Part shown: in pieces, positions 1 to 9,571 of the stretch
Layout of the letters: each line of letters opens with the position of its first letter
Position numbering within the stretch: position 1 is the first letter of the stretch
From: Candidatus Aenigmatarchaeota archaeon
Lineage (GTDB): Archaea; Aenigmatarchaeota; Aenigmatarchaeia; QMZP01; QMZT01
Assembly (NCBI GenBank): GCA_026397315.1
Contig: JAPLVC010000002.1
Span: forward strand, 32,001 to 96,000
Reading direction: 5' to 3'
DNA length: 64,000 bases
Notes under the pieces: model-generated
The model's database searches: none
What the model saw: the letters and a program-made list of their open reading frames with translations, nothing else
Told to the model about the DNA's origin: nothing
Program-made: the position numbers and the translations under genes

Positions 1-140
1 ATCCTGGCGTCGCTCTTCTGCCTGACCAGTTCCTTAAGGCAGTTCTCAAAAACAGACATCTCGCTATCGCATGGTTTTGTCATGGCCGTGTGGTGGTGTC
101 CGTCGCTTTCGGACGTACCTTTAGTCAGTGGCAGTTTCAT
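1..140 (-). CDS. Hypothetical protein, 5' part only (runs off the window start)
   Basis: ATG at 140, open frame MKLPLTKGTSESDGHHH... to position 1; divergent from the TraB gene. Confidence 0.45.
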   Translation of the reverse strand, partial: MKLPLTKGTSESDGHHHTAMTKPCDSEMSVFENCLKELVRQKSDAR

Positions 141-187
141 GCTATTTATTTGGACGCTCGTTTTATATTCGTTTTATGGGCGTTTTC

Positions 188-862
188 ATGGATGAACGTG
201 AGGTAAATAAGGGCAGCATAATATTCGTGCCTACTTCGCATATCGCGGGGGAAAGCGTAAACCACGTGAAGGAAGCGATAGCGAAGGAAAGGCCGGATTG
301 CGTTGCCGTCGAGTTGGACGCGGGCAGATATCACGCGCTTAGCGTGCAGCATACGAAAAATACCCTCGAAACCGTCCGGCTGCTTGGGGTATCGACGTTC
401 GCTCTCTTCTGGATAATGAAGAAGCTGCAGGACTATCTGGGCAGCAGGACGGGCATACTGCCAGGCTCGGACATGCTCGCGGGAGTTGAAACGGCCAAAG
501 CGAATGGCATCACAGTCGCTCTTATAGACCAGCCCATAGGCGCCACTTTCTACAAAATAAAAAAACTGCCGGTTGCGGAGAAGATGAAGCTGCTGAAATT
601 GCTGTTTCTGGCCGTCATAGGCATAGCCGCACCACTGGGTAAGAAGGAGAAAATAGACCTTGACAGGCTGCCTCCGGGAAAACTGATAAAAGAGGCCATG
701 ACGTTCCTCGAGAACGAGCTCCCGGGCTTCTACCGCATACTGGTCAGCGAGCGCAACGCCGTGATGGCGGCCAACCTGCAGGAGCTGGCTTGCAGGTTCC
801 CGAAAACGGTCTGCGTGATAGGTGCAGCGCACGAAAGCGGCATAAAAAGTCTGCTGCGCTAG
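188..862 (+). CDS. traB: TraB/PrgY family protein
   Basis: PTSH..S, PDCVAVELD, PGSDM, LIDQPI, ERN..MA and VIGAAH motifs; start moved to ATG 188. Confidence 0.85.
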   Translation: MDEREVNKGSIIFVPTSHIAGESVNHVKEAIAKERPDCVAVELDAGRYHALSVQHTKNTLETVRLLGVSTFALFWIMKKLQDYLGSRTGILPGSDMLAGVETAKANGITVALIDQPIGATFYKIKKLPVAEKMKLLKLLFLAVIGIAAPLGKKEKIDLDRLPPGKLIKEAMTFLENELPGFYRILVSERNAVMAANLQELACRFPKTVCVIGAAHESGIKSLLR

Positions 863-866
863 CGCT

Positions 867-1190
867 TTAACTGGCCCTGTTTTTCATGGCCATAAAGTAA
901 TCGACCGTCATTTCCTGCGGCGACTTCTCCTTGTAATATGTGGGATTCATGACCACCACGTTGTCGTGGAACTGCCTTGAGGTTGCGTGGGTCGTGTCTA
1001 TTATGTCCCACCTGTGGGCCCTTTTGACGGAGGGGATGTGCTCGTATTCTTCTCCCTGGTTCAGGACCTTATAGCTGTTGTATTTAGGCTTGAGAAGGGC
1101 GAATTCTATCGTCATGAATACCCTGCCGGCTATGAAGCCTATGCCAAGATAGCACAGATACACGATAGTTGTGATGTCGACTAGCGCCAT
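867..1190 (-). CDS. Hypothetical protein with N-terminal hydrophobic helix
   Basis: 107-aa ORF filling the gap, AT-rich promoter region upstream. Confidence 0.6.
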   Translation of the reverse strand: MALVDITTIVYLCYLGIGFIAGRVFMTIEFALLKPKYNSYKVLNQGEEYEHIPSVKRAHRWDIIDTTHATSRQFHDNVVVMNPTYYKEKSPQEMTVDYFMAMKNRAS

Positions 1191-1334
1191 TATATTACCA
1201 TTTAGTTATGATAAGAAAATGCAATATAATGCTATGTTAGTTGATTTTTCTATACCAAGTATTAACATTTATTTTAGGAAATATACTTAATACGAACAAT
1301 AAATGTTTATATATACTACTATGTATTTTAATGC

Positions 1335-2171
1335 ATGGACGTCAGAAATATCCAGAAATCAGGCAACGCCTACTACGTATATCTGCCCACAAGCTGGTGC
1401 AAGCAGAACAGCGTATCCCCGAAGTCCAAGATATCTTTCGACATGTCTTCCAAAGGCAGTCTTGTCGTCTCTCCTTACATATCCGAGAGGCAGGAAAAGA
1501 CGCTAAACCTGAAGATACCAGAAAACGACATGTTCATAATCAATATGTTCATAGCGGGCGCATACATCAATCCGGTCAAGTCGTTCACGATCCAGCTGGA
1601 CAAGGAAGTCAAGTCGCTCGACATAGTGGACCACAAGAAGATATTAAGCGGCGTGGAACTGGTCGAGTTCGACAACAAGAAAATTTCTTGCGAATCGGTC
1701 GTTTCAATCGAGGATCCGGATCTCGTCATAGGCATAATGACCCGCAAGCTCATAGCCATGATAAACTCCATCATAAGCAACGAGAGCAAGGAACTGATTG
1801 AAAAATACGAGGACGAGGTCGACAGGAGCAAGATCCTGGTCTACAAGTCCGTCGTCAGCTCCATGATGTTCAAGCGCGTCTGCAAGCTCCGCCACATAGA
1901 GCTGCTCTACATCATGAACATAGCGCGCGACTTGGAAGCGATAGGCGATCATCTCATGGAAACCACAGACAAAAACAAGGTGATGTTGAAAGAGCTTCTA
2001 CTGGGCATAAAAATCCTAGGTGAGACGATAAAGAACATCAATCAGCAGAACGTCCTCAACTTCCTGCGCGAGGTGAAGAGCTTCAGCGGCAAACACAACA
2101 CAAAATACAGCAGCCACATGAAGAGCATCGGCGAGTCCCTGGTCGACTGGCTCATCACCAACATGATTTAA
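1335..2171 (+). CDS. Phosphate uptake regulator, AbrB-PhoU family
   Basis: N-terminal RNIQKSG..YYVYLPTSW (AbrB-like); EDEVDR and ARDLEAIGDH PhoU motifs. Confidence 0.85.
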   Translation: MDVRNIQKSGNAYYVYLPTSWCKQNSVSPKSKISFDMSSKGSLVVSPYISERQEKTLNLKIPENDMFIINMFIAGAYINPVKSFTIQLDKEVKSLDIVDHKKILSGVELVEFDNKKISCESVVSIEDPDLVIGIMTRKLIAMINSIISNESKELIEKYEDEVDRSKILVYKSVVSSMMFKRVCKLRHIELLYIMNIARDLEAIGDHLMETTDKNKVMLKELLLGIKILGETIKNINQQNVLNFLREVKSFSGKHNTKYSSHMKSIGESLVDWLITNMI

Positions 2172-2237
2172 TATTTTCTGATTTTAACAGCATTTAGGAC
2201 AGCATCAGTTTAAAAAATTTACCATGAAAATTATAAA

Positions 2238-2531
2238 ATGGCAACAGACAGAAAACTTTTTGAAGCCGTTGCGCATTCTGTTAAGAAGCATTACGGCTCG
2301 AACAGAACTATGGCAAGGGATGTGTACGAAGAAATAGGCGGCTATCCGACTAACGGTTCAATTGATTTGTTCTTATCCGTAATTGACCGCGAAGGGCAGG
2401 TTTTCGGCGACGCGGACGCTTTAATCGTGCATAAAACCAGGAGTCTAGGCGATGGCCTGGCGGCCGCAACCAGAGGGCTTGTTAATGGCTACAAAGAGTT
2501 CCTGACGGAAAAAAATAAAACCACACAGTAA
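2238..2531 (+). CDS. Hypothetical protein
   Basis: 97-aa ORF, TTTAAA box about 25 nt upstream, T-rich tract downstream. Confidence 0.6.
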   Translation: MATDRKLFEAVAHSVKKHYGSNRTMARDVYEEIGGYPTNGSIDLFLSVIDREGQVFGDADALIVHKTRSLGDGLAAATRGLVNGYKEFLTEKNKTTQ

Positions 2532-2558
2532 ATTTTTATTGATTTTATTATTTTTATT

Positions 2559-3746
2559 TCAAGGCTTGAACCACTCTATCTCGTAGTATTCATATTTTGA
2601 GCCGGGCAGGACTATCTTCTTCAGCTCGTAATAGGTTATGCTCGTCTCCCTGTCCGTGATCGAGAGTAACAGGTTCAGGCCCATGTCCTTGGCCATGTTG
2701 AGCAGCGAAGCGAGCTCTACGCCCCCGATGTGCTCGTCCTCCGATACCGCAATCAGCATATAGCGTGGCTTGTCCTTCGGCGTCTCGCGCACCCACGCCC
2801 CGTTGCCCATCTTCCTGCGGTAGGCGACGAAATCGACCGGCAGCTCCTTGTAGTCGCTTTTCTTCAGCTCCGGCACGCCGAGTATGAACGTCTTCTTCAC
2901 TCCATGCGCGACGCGCACCGCGCGCGACCATTCTGAAATGAGCAGCTTCTCCTCTTTCGGGAAGACGTGCAGCACGTGCTTCGAGTGTATCCACTCTTCG
3001 CCTTTTACTGGCGACGCGCCCGGGAAATAAATCCTGAAGTGAGAGCCGAACTTGAAGCCGGACTTGACCACGTATCCTTTCATCCTCCAGTCCTCATAGA
3101 CGTCGTAAAGCTGCTTGGCGTATTCGCGTTTTTTGGCGACCTCTTTAATCAGCTTCAACGGCGTGACCTTCCTGCCGTTCGCGACGTTCACTACGTCGAC
3201 TCCCAGGTGCTTGGCTAAGAATATGGTTTCGAAGAAGTCGAGCTTCGACTGTCTGCCGCGCTCCTGCTTGTAGACGCCGTATTGGCCGAGCCAGTATTTG
3301 TTGAATATCTCCAAGCCCGCTTCCTCATTGTCCAGCACCGAGAAAAGCGAGTCGGGATACCAGTACGCCTTAGCGCTTATCGCGGCGGGTTCGAATTTCT
3401 GGTCAGGGTATTTTTTGAAAGTCTTTTTTGAATGTTTGCCATGGATGCTCGGCCTGTATCTCCTCACGACGAGACCGCGGTCCCTCCAGTCGCGGTAGGC
3501 GTTGTAGCGGATGAACAGGCGCGGCTCGTCCCTGACGAAGTGTTTCGCCAGCGAGTTGAAGTCCATTTCCTTCCCTTCCGCGTCGCGCATGATGGCGTTC
3601 CTGAAAAGCATGAGATACATCGCTTCTTCCGGCATCAGGACTATGGTTTCCCCGTCCCTGTCGCCGAAGAAGTCGCTGGCCAGTTTTCCGACTGTCTCAG
3701 GTTCCGTGGCTGCAATCTTCCCGGTGTCGAATCTTAGCTCTAACAT
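2559..3746 (-). CDS. endA: tRNA-intron (splicing) endonuclease, three-unit epsilon2-like type
   Basis: Two Y.DWR..G repeats; GFKFGSHFRIY; putative catalytic Y240/H254/K285; GVYK loop at 157-160; 395 aa. Confidence 0.92.
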   Translation of the reverse strand: MLELRFDTGKIAATEPETVGKLASDFFGDRDGETIVLMPEEAMYLMLFRNAIMRDAEGKEMDFNSLAKHFVRDEPRLFIRYNAYRDWRDRGLVVRRYRPSIHGKHSKKTFKKYPDQKFEPAAISAKAYWYPDSLFSVLDNEEAGLEIFNKYWLGQYGVYKQERGRQSKLDFFETIFLAKHLGVDVVNVANGRKVTPLKLIKEVAKKREYAKQLYDVYEDWRMKGYVVKSGFKFGSHFRIYFPGASPVKGEEWIHSKHVLHVFPKEEKLLISEWSRAVRVAHGVKKTFILGVPELKKSDYKELPVDFVAYRRKMGNGAWVRETPKDKPRYMLIAVSEDEHIGGVELASLLNMAKDMGLNLLLSITDRETSITYYELKKIVLPGSKYEYYEIEWFKP

Positions 3747-3796
3747 AGTAACACATTATGGAATGCTTCCTATTAAATAAGTTGTGCGAGCCGAAA

Positions 3797-4381
3797 TTAA
3801 TAACCGGCCCTCTTGAAAGAGAACCTGCCGGTATAGCCGCCCAACGCGTTACTCAGGCCTGCGCGCTCGCCGTGGAAGTGGTTGAACATCTTGCCTCCGC
3901 ACGGGCGGCTGGCGGTTTCTTCGTAGTTCTGCGTCTTTTTGGTCGTGGTTTTCGCGGCAAGGATGTTTCCGAAATCGTCTTTATCGTTTCCCAGCCTGAT
4001 GCCGTAGAAGTTTCGATAGGCGCTGCATCCAGGACAGCCGCATCCAAGTTTGTGACCCCTGTCAAACGGGCTTACGATCTCCGTTTCTTTGGACGTCTCT
4101 TCCTTTTTTGGCGCCTCCGGCTTGGCGCTGCCATACGCTTCGCTAATGCCTTCCTTTATGATTTTCTCGTAAGCCTTGAGCTTTTCGTGATACCGTTTCA
4201 GCTCTTCCTTGAGGTCGCCGTAGCTCTCGGCATATTCCTCGTCTTCATCATCCTCTTTGTTGTCTTTGCTTTTCTCTGTCGTTTCGTCCAGCAGTTCCTT
4301 TATTTTAACCAGCTCTTCGATAAAGGAAATGCTAAGCAAGTCAAGCTCTTTCGCGCTTTCAGCCAAGTTTTTGTCAACCAT
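3797..4381 (-). CDS. Hypothetical protein (acidic coiled coil, CxCxxC motif)
   Basis: 194-aa ORF with host-like codon usage, immediately downstream of the cupin gene. Confidence 0.6.
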   Translation of the reverse strand: MVDKNLAESAKELDLLSISFIEELVKIKELLDETTEKSKDNKEDDEDEEYAESYGDLKEELKRYHEKLKAYEKIIKEGISEAYGSAKPEAPKKEETSKETEIVSPFDRGHKLGCGCPGCSAYRNFYGIRLGNDKDDFGNILAAKTTTKKTQNYEETASRPCGGKMFNHFHGERAGLSNALGGYTGRFSFKRAGY

Positions 4382-4385
4382 GCAA

Positions 4386-4667
4386 TCACTGCGGGAAGAT
4401 GCTCACGACATAAACGTATTCGACGGGCGCGTCAGAAAGGTTTTTGACGTTGTGGCTGACGCCTTCCTTTATGTAATGCGCCTCTCCTTCAACGACTCTG
4501 TGATATTTGCCGTTTTTTACCACGGCCGCCTCGCCCCTGAGAACTATTATTACTTCTTCCCTGGCGGTTGTCACGTGCTCGCCCACTTCCTCGCCAGGCA
4601 TGAGCACGACCTTGCCGCTTTTCAAGGCCCTGCTTTCGGGAGGGCGGACTATTTGAGTGTTTTTCAT
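4386..4667 (-). CDS. Cupin domain protein
   Basis: PGEEVGEH....EE..IVLRG and G....I..G..HNVKN cupin motifs. Confidence 0.85.
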   Translation of the reverse strand: MKNTQIVRPPESRALKSGKVVLMPGEEVGEHVTTAREEVIIVLRGEAAVVKNGKYHRVVEGEAHYIKEGVSHNVKNLSDAPVEYVYVVSIFPQ

Positions 4668-4747
4668 CGTGATTATTTGATTTTCTTACTAATATTTTTC
4701 GCGGCTGTCGGGCAAGTTTTTATTAGAAAAGGCATGCACTATTAAAT

Positions 4748-5575
4748 ATGGACCTGAAAGAGCTGCTCGAGAAGCGCCTGCCGGAAAGGGAATTGCAGTT
4801 TCTCAAAGGCGCTTTCGACGTCATAGGTGAAGTGGCGATAATCGAGATACCTGAAGAGCTGAGCCACAGGGAGCGCGATATAGTCGACGCCCTCCTCGAC
4901 ATGCACCCCAGACTGAAGACCATATACAGCAAGGGCAGCGAGCGCAAGGGTGTTTACCGCCTGCGCGAACTGAAGCTCATTTACGGCGAGGAAAAAGAGA
5001 CTGAACACAAGGAGCACGGATACCGCATACGCCTGGACGTCAGCAAGGTCTTCTTCTCGCCGCGCGAGGCGAACGAGCGCCAGCGCATAGCCAGGCTGGT
5101 CAGACCTAGGGAGAATGTGATGGTCATGTTCGCCGGCGCGGGGCCGTATTCCATCGCCATCGCTAAGCACCAGCCGAAAGTCGGCAAGGTTTTTTCGGTC
5201 GAGATAAACCCCGACGCCTACAAATACATGATCGAGAACGTGCGCATAAACAAGGCGGGAGACAAGGTGGTGCCGGTCCTGGGCGACGTGGATGATGTCT
5301 GCACCCCATACTTCGGCAAGTGCGATCGCGTCGTCATGCCGCTGCCGAAAGGCGCTTACGAATACATCAAGCTGGCTGCCAAATGCCTCAAGAAAGGCGG
5401 AGGTGTTATCCATTATTATTTCCTGTCATCACCTGACGCGCTGGACGAAATAAAGGAGATAGTGAGCGTCGATATTCAATCGGTTGGCAGGAAAGTCAAG
5501 GCCGTTAAAACAGCGAAAGTCTCCGAATACGCCCCGAAGACGCTAAAGTTCTGCATGGACATAAGAGTAAAGTAG
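4748..5575 (+). CDS. Trm5/Tyw2-family SAM-dependent tRNA modification transferase
   Basis: FDVIGEVAI, HKEHG, KVFFSPR...ER, MFAGAGP, EINP and DRVVMPLP motifs. Confidence 0.88.
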   Translation: MDLKELLEKRLPERELQFLKGAFDVIGEVAIIEIPEELSHRERDIVDALLDMHPRLKTIYSKGSERKGVYRLRELKLIYGEEKETEHKEHGYRIRLDVSKVFFSPREANERQRIARLVRPRENVMVMFAGAGPYSIAIAKHQPKVGKVFSVEINPDAYKYMIENVRINKAGDKVVPVLGDVDDVCTPYFGKCDRVVMPLPKGAYEYIKLAAKCLKKGGGVIHYYFLSSPDALDEIKEIVSVDIQSVGRKVKAVKTAKVSEYAPKTLKFCMDIRVK

Positions 5576-5632
5576 CGCGCAGGATGGACGATTGGGTCAA
5601 AGCTGACTCTGGACGTTCGCAAATGGAAAGAA

Positions 5633-5950
5633 TCAGACGTCGTCAAGGAACCTGAGCTTGTCTCTTATCTTTTCATCGTTGGGTTTCGGGACTTCAGGCC
5701 CGGCGGCGAACTCGCTTCTCGGCATGCCTGGAGCGGGCTTCCATTCCTTGGACTTCGTCTCTCTGGCAGCGACTCTGGGCTTTGCCGCGGCTTCGACGTC
5801 GTCTATGTTCACTCGTGTGAACTTCTCGCTGCACGCCTTGCAGATGTAGGTGATTTTCATTATCACCTTTGGCGGCGACGCGTTTTCGAGGACGTTCACC
5901 ACTTCCTCTTCCGACACGTAAGCTCCGCCGTCGCACTTGGGACAGTTCAT
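5633..5950 (-). CDS. Zinc-ribbon protein
   Basis: CPKC and CKAC pairs followed by a disordered tail. Confidence 0.7.
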   Translation of the reverse strand: MNCPKCDGGAYVSEEEVVNVLENASPPKVIMKITYICKACSEKFTRVNIDDVEAAAKPRVAARETKSKEWKPAPGMPRSEFAAGPEVPKPNDEKIRDKLRFLDDV

Positions 5951-6010
5951 AAGAAATAATTGGCGTGCTGTGTATAAATTTATTCATATAGCGGCGATGG
6001 CAATGACCGT

Positions 6011-6463
6011 ATGACTTATAATGCTTTTTTTCAACCATTAAGCATGGCCATATTGCATGCGATGAAAAGAAATCGCAGCGTTGTCGGTGCTGGGGACGCT
6101 TACACCGCCGGGTCAAAAGTAAGATTCCTGGTATTTTATAACAATTCATCCGATGAAATGTCACAAATATACAGGGATGCCAGGGAAAATTTTTCGGATA
6201 TGCCGGACATGCGCTTTTTGCATTCAGAATTGTCTGATGTTTTGGGTATTGACAGGGAAGAAAAATTCCAGCCTGATTATCGTTCGGCTCAGACACTTTC
6301 AGTTTTTCAGGATAAAGGCGTGCCTGTATTGGAACGTTTTATACAAAAATACAGGAGCGTTCTTATTGAAAAAGGAATCCGCCACGACGAGATAAGATAT
6401 GAGTTTACAAAAAAAACTCTCGAGGCATTTGATGCTGCAATAAACAGACAAACGAATGAATAG
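6011..6463 (+). CDS. Hypothetical protein, lower GC than flanks
   Basis: 150-aa ORF in the gap before mcm; start uncertain. Confidence 0.5.
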   Translation: MTYNAFFQPLSMAILHAMKRNRSVVGAGDAYTAGSKVRFLVFYNNSSDEMSQIYRDARENFSDMPDMRFLHSELSDVLGIDREEKFQPDYRSAQTLSVFQDKGVPVLERFIQKYRSVLIEKGIRHDEIRYEFTKKTLEAFDAAINRQTNE

Positions 6464-6468
6464 AACTA

Positions 6469-8481
6469 TCACACTTTCTGCACGTAGTTGGGGCTGGGCT
6501 CGAAAAGCAGGCCCTCGCGCTTGAGCTTGTCTATTATCTCGTCGACCTCGTCATCATTTTCGATGCCCTCGTTCCTGGCGAGCCTGTGAATCTCGGCTAT
6601 GGGAACCTCTTTCGACTTCTCGGAAAGCTGCCTGATTATGTCAAGGACCGTGCGTATTCTGGAGCGGTCGCTCGACGTCGTCGAAGCGCCTTCGGCCTTG
6701 TCTATATCGATCTCGCCGGTCTTCGTGTCAAGGCCGAGCTGCTCCAGCGAGAAGCGCATCAGGCGTATCGCGCGCAACGAGTCTTCTCTGCGGACTATGT
6801 CGCTGAGCTGGACCTTGGCCGAAGCCTCGGCAATACGGATGAGCGCCTCGAACTGACGGAGCGTTATGGACACCGTCCCGCTGCCGCCACCACGTTCTTC
6901 AGCGCGCTTTCTCATACTTATGTAGAATTTCCTGAGCGTTTTCCCGGCTTCCTGCGTCAATGTCGGGCTGCAGTTCTTCTTGCAGTAAGCGACGTACTTC
7001 CTGACGAAATCCGGCGCTATGATGGGCTTCGACGCCTCGTAATCATCTTCCCTCGACCTCAGGACGTGGTCGACTATCTTTTTGTCCATCTCGTTGTCCG
7101 GGACGTCGCGCAGCGCGAACTTCAGGTCGAAACGTGTCAGCAGCGTGTCGGAAATCGTAATCTGTTTGGCTATGGGCATGTAAGGGTCGAACCTCGAGAA
7201 CTTCGGATTGCCGCCTGCAAGGACAGACGTCTGCGCCGGTAGCGTGGCGACTATCGACGCCTTCGCTATCGATATCGTGCCCTGCTCGAGCGCCTCGTGC
7301 ATGGCAACTTGGTCCTCCTGGGACATCTTCTCGAACTCGTCTATCGCGAGCAAGCCGCCGTTCGTCAGGACCAGCGCTCCGGCCTCGAGAACCCAGCCGC
7401 CCATGAACTGTTCGTCTTTGACGACGGTCGCCGTAAGACCTGCGCCGGTCACTCCCTTGCCCGAAACGTATTTGCCTCTCGGCACGATTTTTGGCGCCAG
7501 CTTCAGCAGCTGTGATTTACCTGAAGACGGGTCGCCTATCAGCAGGAGGTGTATGTCTCCCCTGAAATGCATGCCGTCTTTCATCGTGCGCGCCATGCCT
7601 CCGAACATCTGCAGAATTATCGATTCCTTTATTTCCCTGAGGCCGTAAAGCGACGGCGCCATCGAGTCGATGAGCTTTTCGTATATGAGCGGGTCCTTTG
7701 ACATTTCCTTTATTTTGTCCTCATCGGCTTTGCTTATCTCCAGGTGGCGCCAGCCCAGCTCTGTCGGCTCTATGTGGTTAGAGTCGAGATAGAAATCCAG
7801 CTTCACCGAAGACTTGCCTTTCGGCACCTCGCGAAGCACGCCTGTCATTCTAAGGCGGTTTCCGGGATCGGTTATGCGACGACCTTCCGGCGATACTAAG
7901 TCTTCTGTCAGGAATATGTTCAGCTGCGACGGGCGCTCGCCTTCCGTAAGCTCGAACGGCTCGTCGACCGTGACCCATCGCGTGTCAATCATCTTCTTGT
8001 CGGCTTCCTGGAAGCCCTGCTTGTTCCTGCACTTGGGGCAGGTGTAAGGTTCAGAAACGAAGTTCGCTTTTCTTGGCTGGGAAATGAGCGCGCCGCAGTC
8101 GGGGCACTTCCATATCGTTTCCGTGACTTCCGGGCGTATCTCACTGGCCCGCCTGACCAGGCCTTCTATGCATATGAACTTGCCTATGTGTCTCGAGCGC
8201 AGGTCGCGTATGTTGACGAGCTCCATGCCACGGAAGCGGATCTTGACTTTGTTGGGCAGGTCTTTCTGCTCTATCGCCTCCTGGCATATCTCCAGGAAGT
8301 CGTCCGGTTTCTTGGAAAGCATGTCAGTAAGGTCGGGACTGAACTTGTCGAGCTTCTCCATTTCCAGTACCAGCGGCAGTCCTTCATTCGCAGCCTTGGC
8401 CAGCTCTTTGCTGTATACCTTCTCCAGAAATTCGCTGAACTTCCCCACCATCTCTTCTTTAGGCATCCTTGTCTTCGTCAT
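6469..8481 (-). CDS. mcm: Replicative helicase MCM
   Basis: Zn finger CPDC/CPKC, Walker A GDPSSGKS, IDEFEKM, HEALEQGTISIAKA, TRFD arginine finger, C-terminal winged helix; no intein. Confidence 0.97.
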   Translation of the reverse strand: MTKTRMPKEEMVGKFSEFLEKVYSKELAKAANEGLPLVLEMEKLDKFSPDLTDMLSKKPDDFLEICQEAIEQKDLPNKVKIRFRGMELVNIRDLRSRHIGKFICIEGLVRRASEIRPEVTETIWKCPDCGALISQPRKANFVSEPYTCPKCRNKQGFQEADKKMIDTRWVTVDEPFELTEGERPSQLNIFLTEDLVSPEGRRITDPGNRLRMTGVLREVPKGKSSVKLDFYLDSNHIEPTELGWRHLEISKADEDKIKEMSKDPLIYEKLIDSMAPSLYGLREIKESIILQMFGGMARTMKDGMHFRGDIHLLLIGDPSSGKSQLLKLAPKIVPRGKYVSGKGVTGAGLTATVVKDEQFMGGWVLEAGALVLTNGGLLAIDEFEKMSQEDQVAMHEALEQGTISIAKASIVATLPAQTSVLAGGNPKFSRFDPYMPIAKQITISDTLLTRFDLKFALRDVPDNEMDKKIVDHVLRSREDDYEASKPIIAPDFVRKYVAYCKKNCSPTLTQEAGKTLRKFYISMRKRAEERGGGSGTVSITLRQFEALIRIAEASAKVQLSDIVRREDSLRAIRLMRFSLEQLGLDTKTGEIDIDKAEGASTTSSDRSRIRTVLDIIRQLSEKSKEVPIAEIHRLARNEGIENDDEVDEIIDKLKREGLLFEPSPNYVQKV

Positions 8482-8564
8482 GGCATCCCCTGAACCCTGC
8501 GCGGTAAATAAAAAAATCATTTCTAGGCTTAAAAAAGGTTATTGCGCCGGGATTCTGCATGTTC

Positions 8565-9524
8565 TCAGTATTTGAGGCCGAGCCTCGCGCTCAGCTTCTC
8601 GAGCATGTCCTGGGTCATTTTCTTCAGGTCATATGTGTGTTTCCAACCCCAGTCCTTCCTGGCACGCGAGTCGTCTATCGATCTTGGCCAGGAATCCGCA
8701 ATCGCCTGCCTGAAGTCGGGCTCGTAAGTGCACTCGAACGCGTGGATGTGTTTCTTTATCTCGGCCGCTACCTCTTTCGGAGAGAAGCTGACCGCGGCCA
8801 GGTTGTAGCTGGTGCGGATTTTTATCGACGCCGGATCGGATTCCATCAGGTCGACGGTCGCCTTTATCGCGTCGGACATGTACATCATGGGAAGAGTCGA
8901 ATCGTCGCGCAGGTAGCACTTGTATTTCTGGTGCTTCAGCGCCTCGTAGAATATCTCGACCGCGTAGTCGGTCGTCCCGCCGCCCGGCAGCGCGTTGTTG
9001 CTTATGATGCCGGGATAGCGGAGGCTTCGCACGTCGACGCCGTATTTCTTGTGATAATAATTGCACATCAGCTCGCCGGCGACTTTCGTGACGCCGTACA
9101 TCGTGTTCGGCTCAAGCACGGTGTCCTGGGGCGTGTTGTCTCTGGGAGTGGTCGGGCCGAACGCCGCTATCGAGCTGGGCCAGAATATCCTTTTTATGCC
9201 GTGCTCTCTCGCCAGGTCCAGCATTATCTTCAGGCCGCCCATGTTGACGTTCCACGCGAGGTCGGGGTTCTTTTCCCCGGTCGCGGAAAGCAGAGAAACG
9301 AGATGGTAGACCGTGTCAATCCCGTATTTGTTAATTATCTCGGCCATCGCCTCTTTGTTGGTCGCGTCGGCTATCTCGAAAGGCCCGGCGTTTATGAACG
9401 CCTCGTCGGGCATCTTTCTGTGGCCGATGGCTATGACATTCGAGTTGCCGTGCTTTCTCCTCAGCTCAGGCACTAGGCTCATGCCTATTTGGCCCGTCGC
9501 CCCAGTCACAAGAATTCTGGTCAT
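8565..9524 (-). CDS. tdh: L-threonine 3-dehydrogenase (extended SDR type)
   Basis: TGATGQIG, LLSATGE, YGVTK and PGGGTTDYAV motifs; adjacent to kbl. Confidence 0.9.
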   Translation of the reverse strand: MTRILVTGATGQIGMSLVPELRRKHGNSNVIAIGHRKMPDEAFINAGPFEIADATNKEAMAEIINKYGIDTVYHLVSLLSATGEKNPDLAWNVNMGGLKIMLDLAREHGIKRIFWPSSIAAFGPTTPRDNTPQDTVLEPNTMYGVTKVAGELMCNYYHKKYGVDVRSLRYPGIISNNALPGGGTTDYAVEIFYEALKHQKYKCYLRDDSTLPMMYMSDAIKATVDLMESDPASIKIRTSYNLAAVSFSPKEVAAEIKKHIHAFECTYEPDFRQAIADSWPRSIDDSRARKDWGWKHTYDLKKMTQDMLEKLSARLGLKY

Positions 9525-9571
9525 AGCATCCACCCCTCGAAATTTCGTTCATTGTAATGTTAAAGGTATTA

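Noticed and set aside
5580-5640. Possible box C/D guide RNA (AGGATGG...CTGA...CAGA) after the Trm5-family gene
   Set aside because: Box C and terminal box D both deviate from consensus, and no target can be identified from this window
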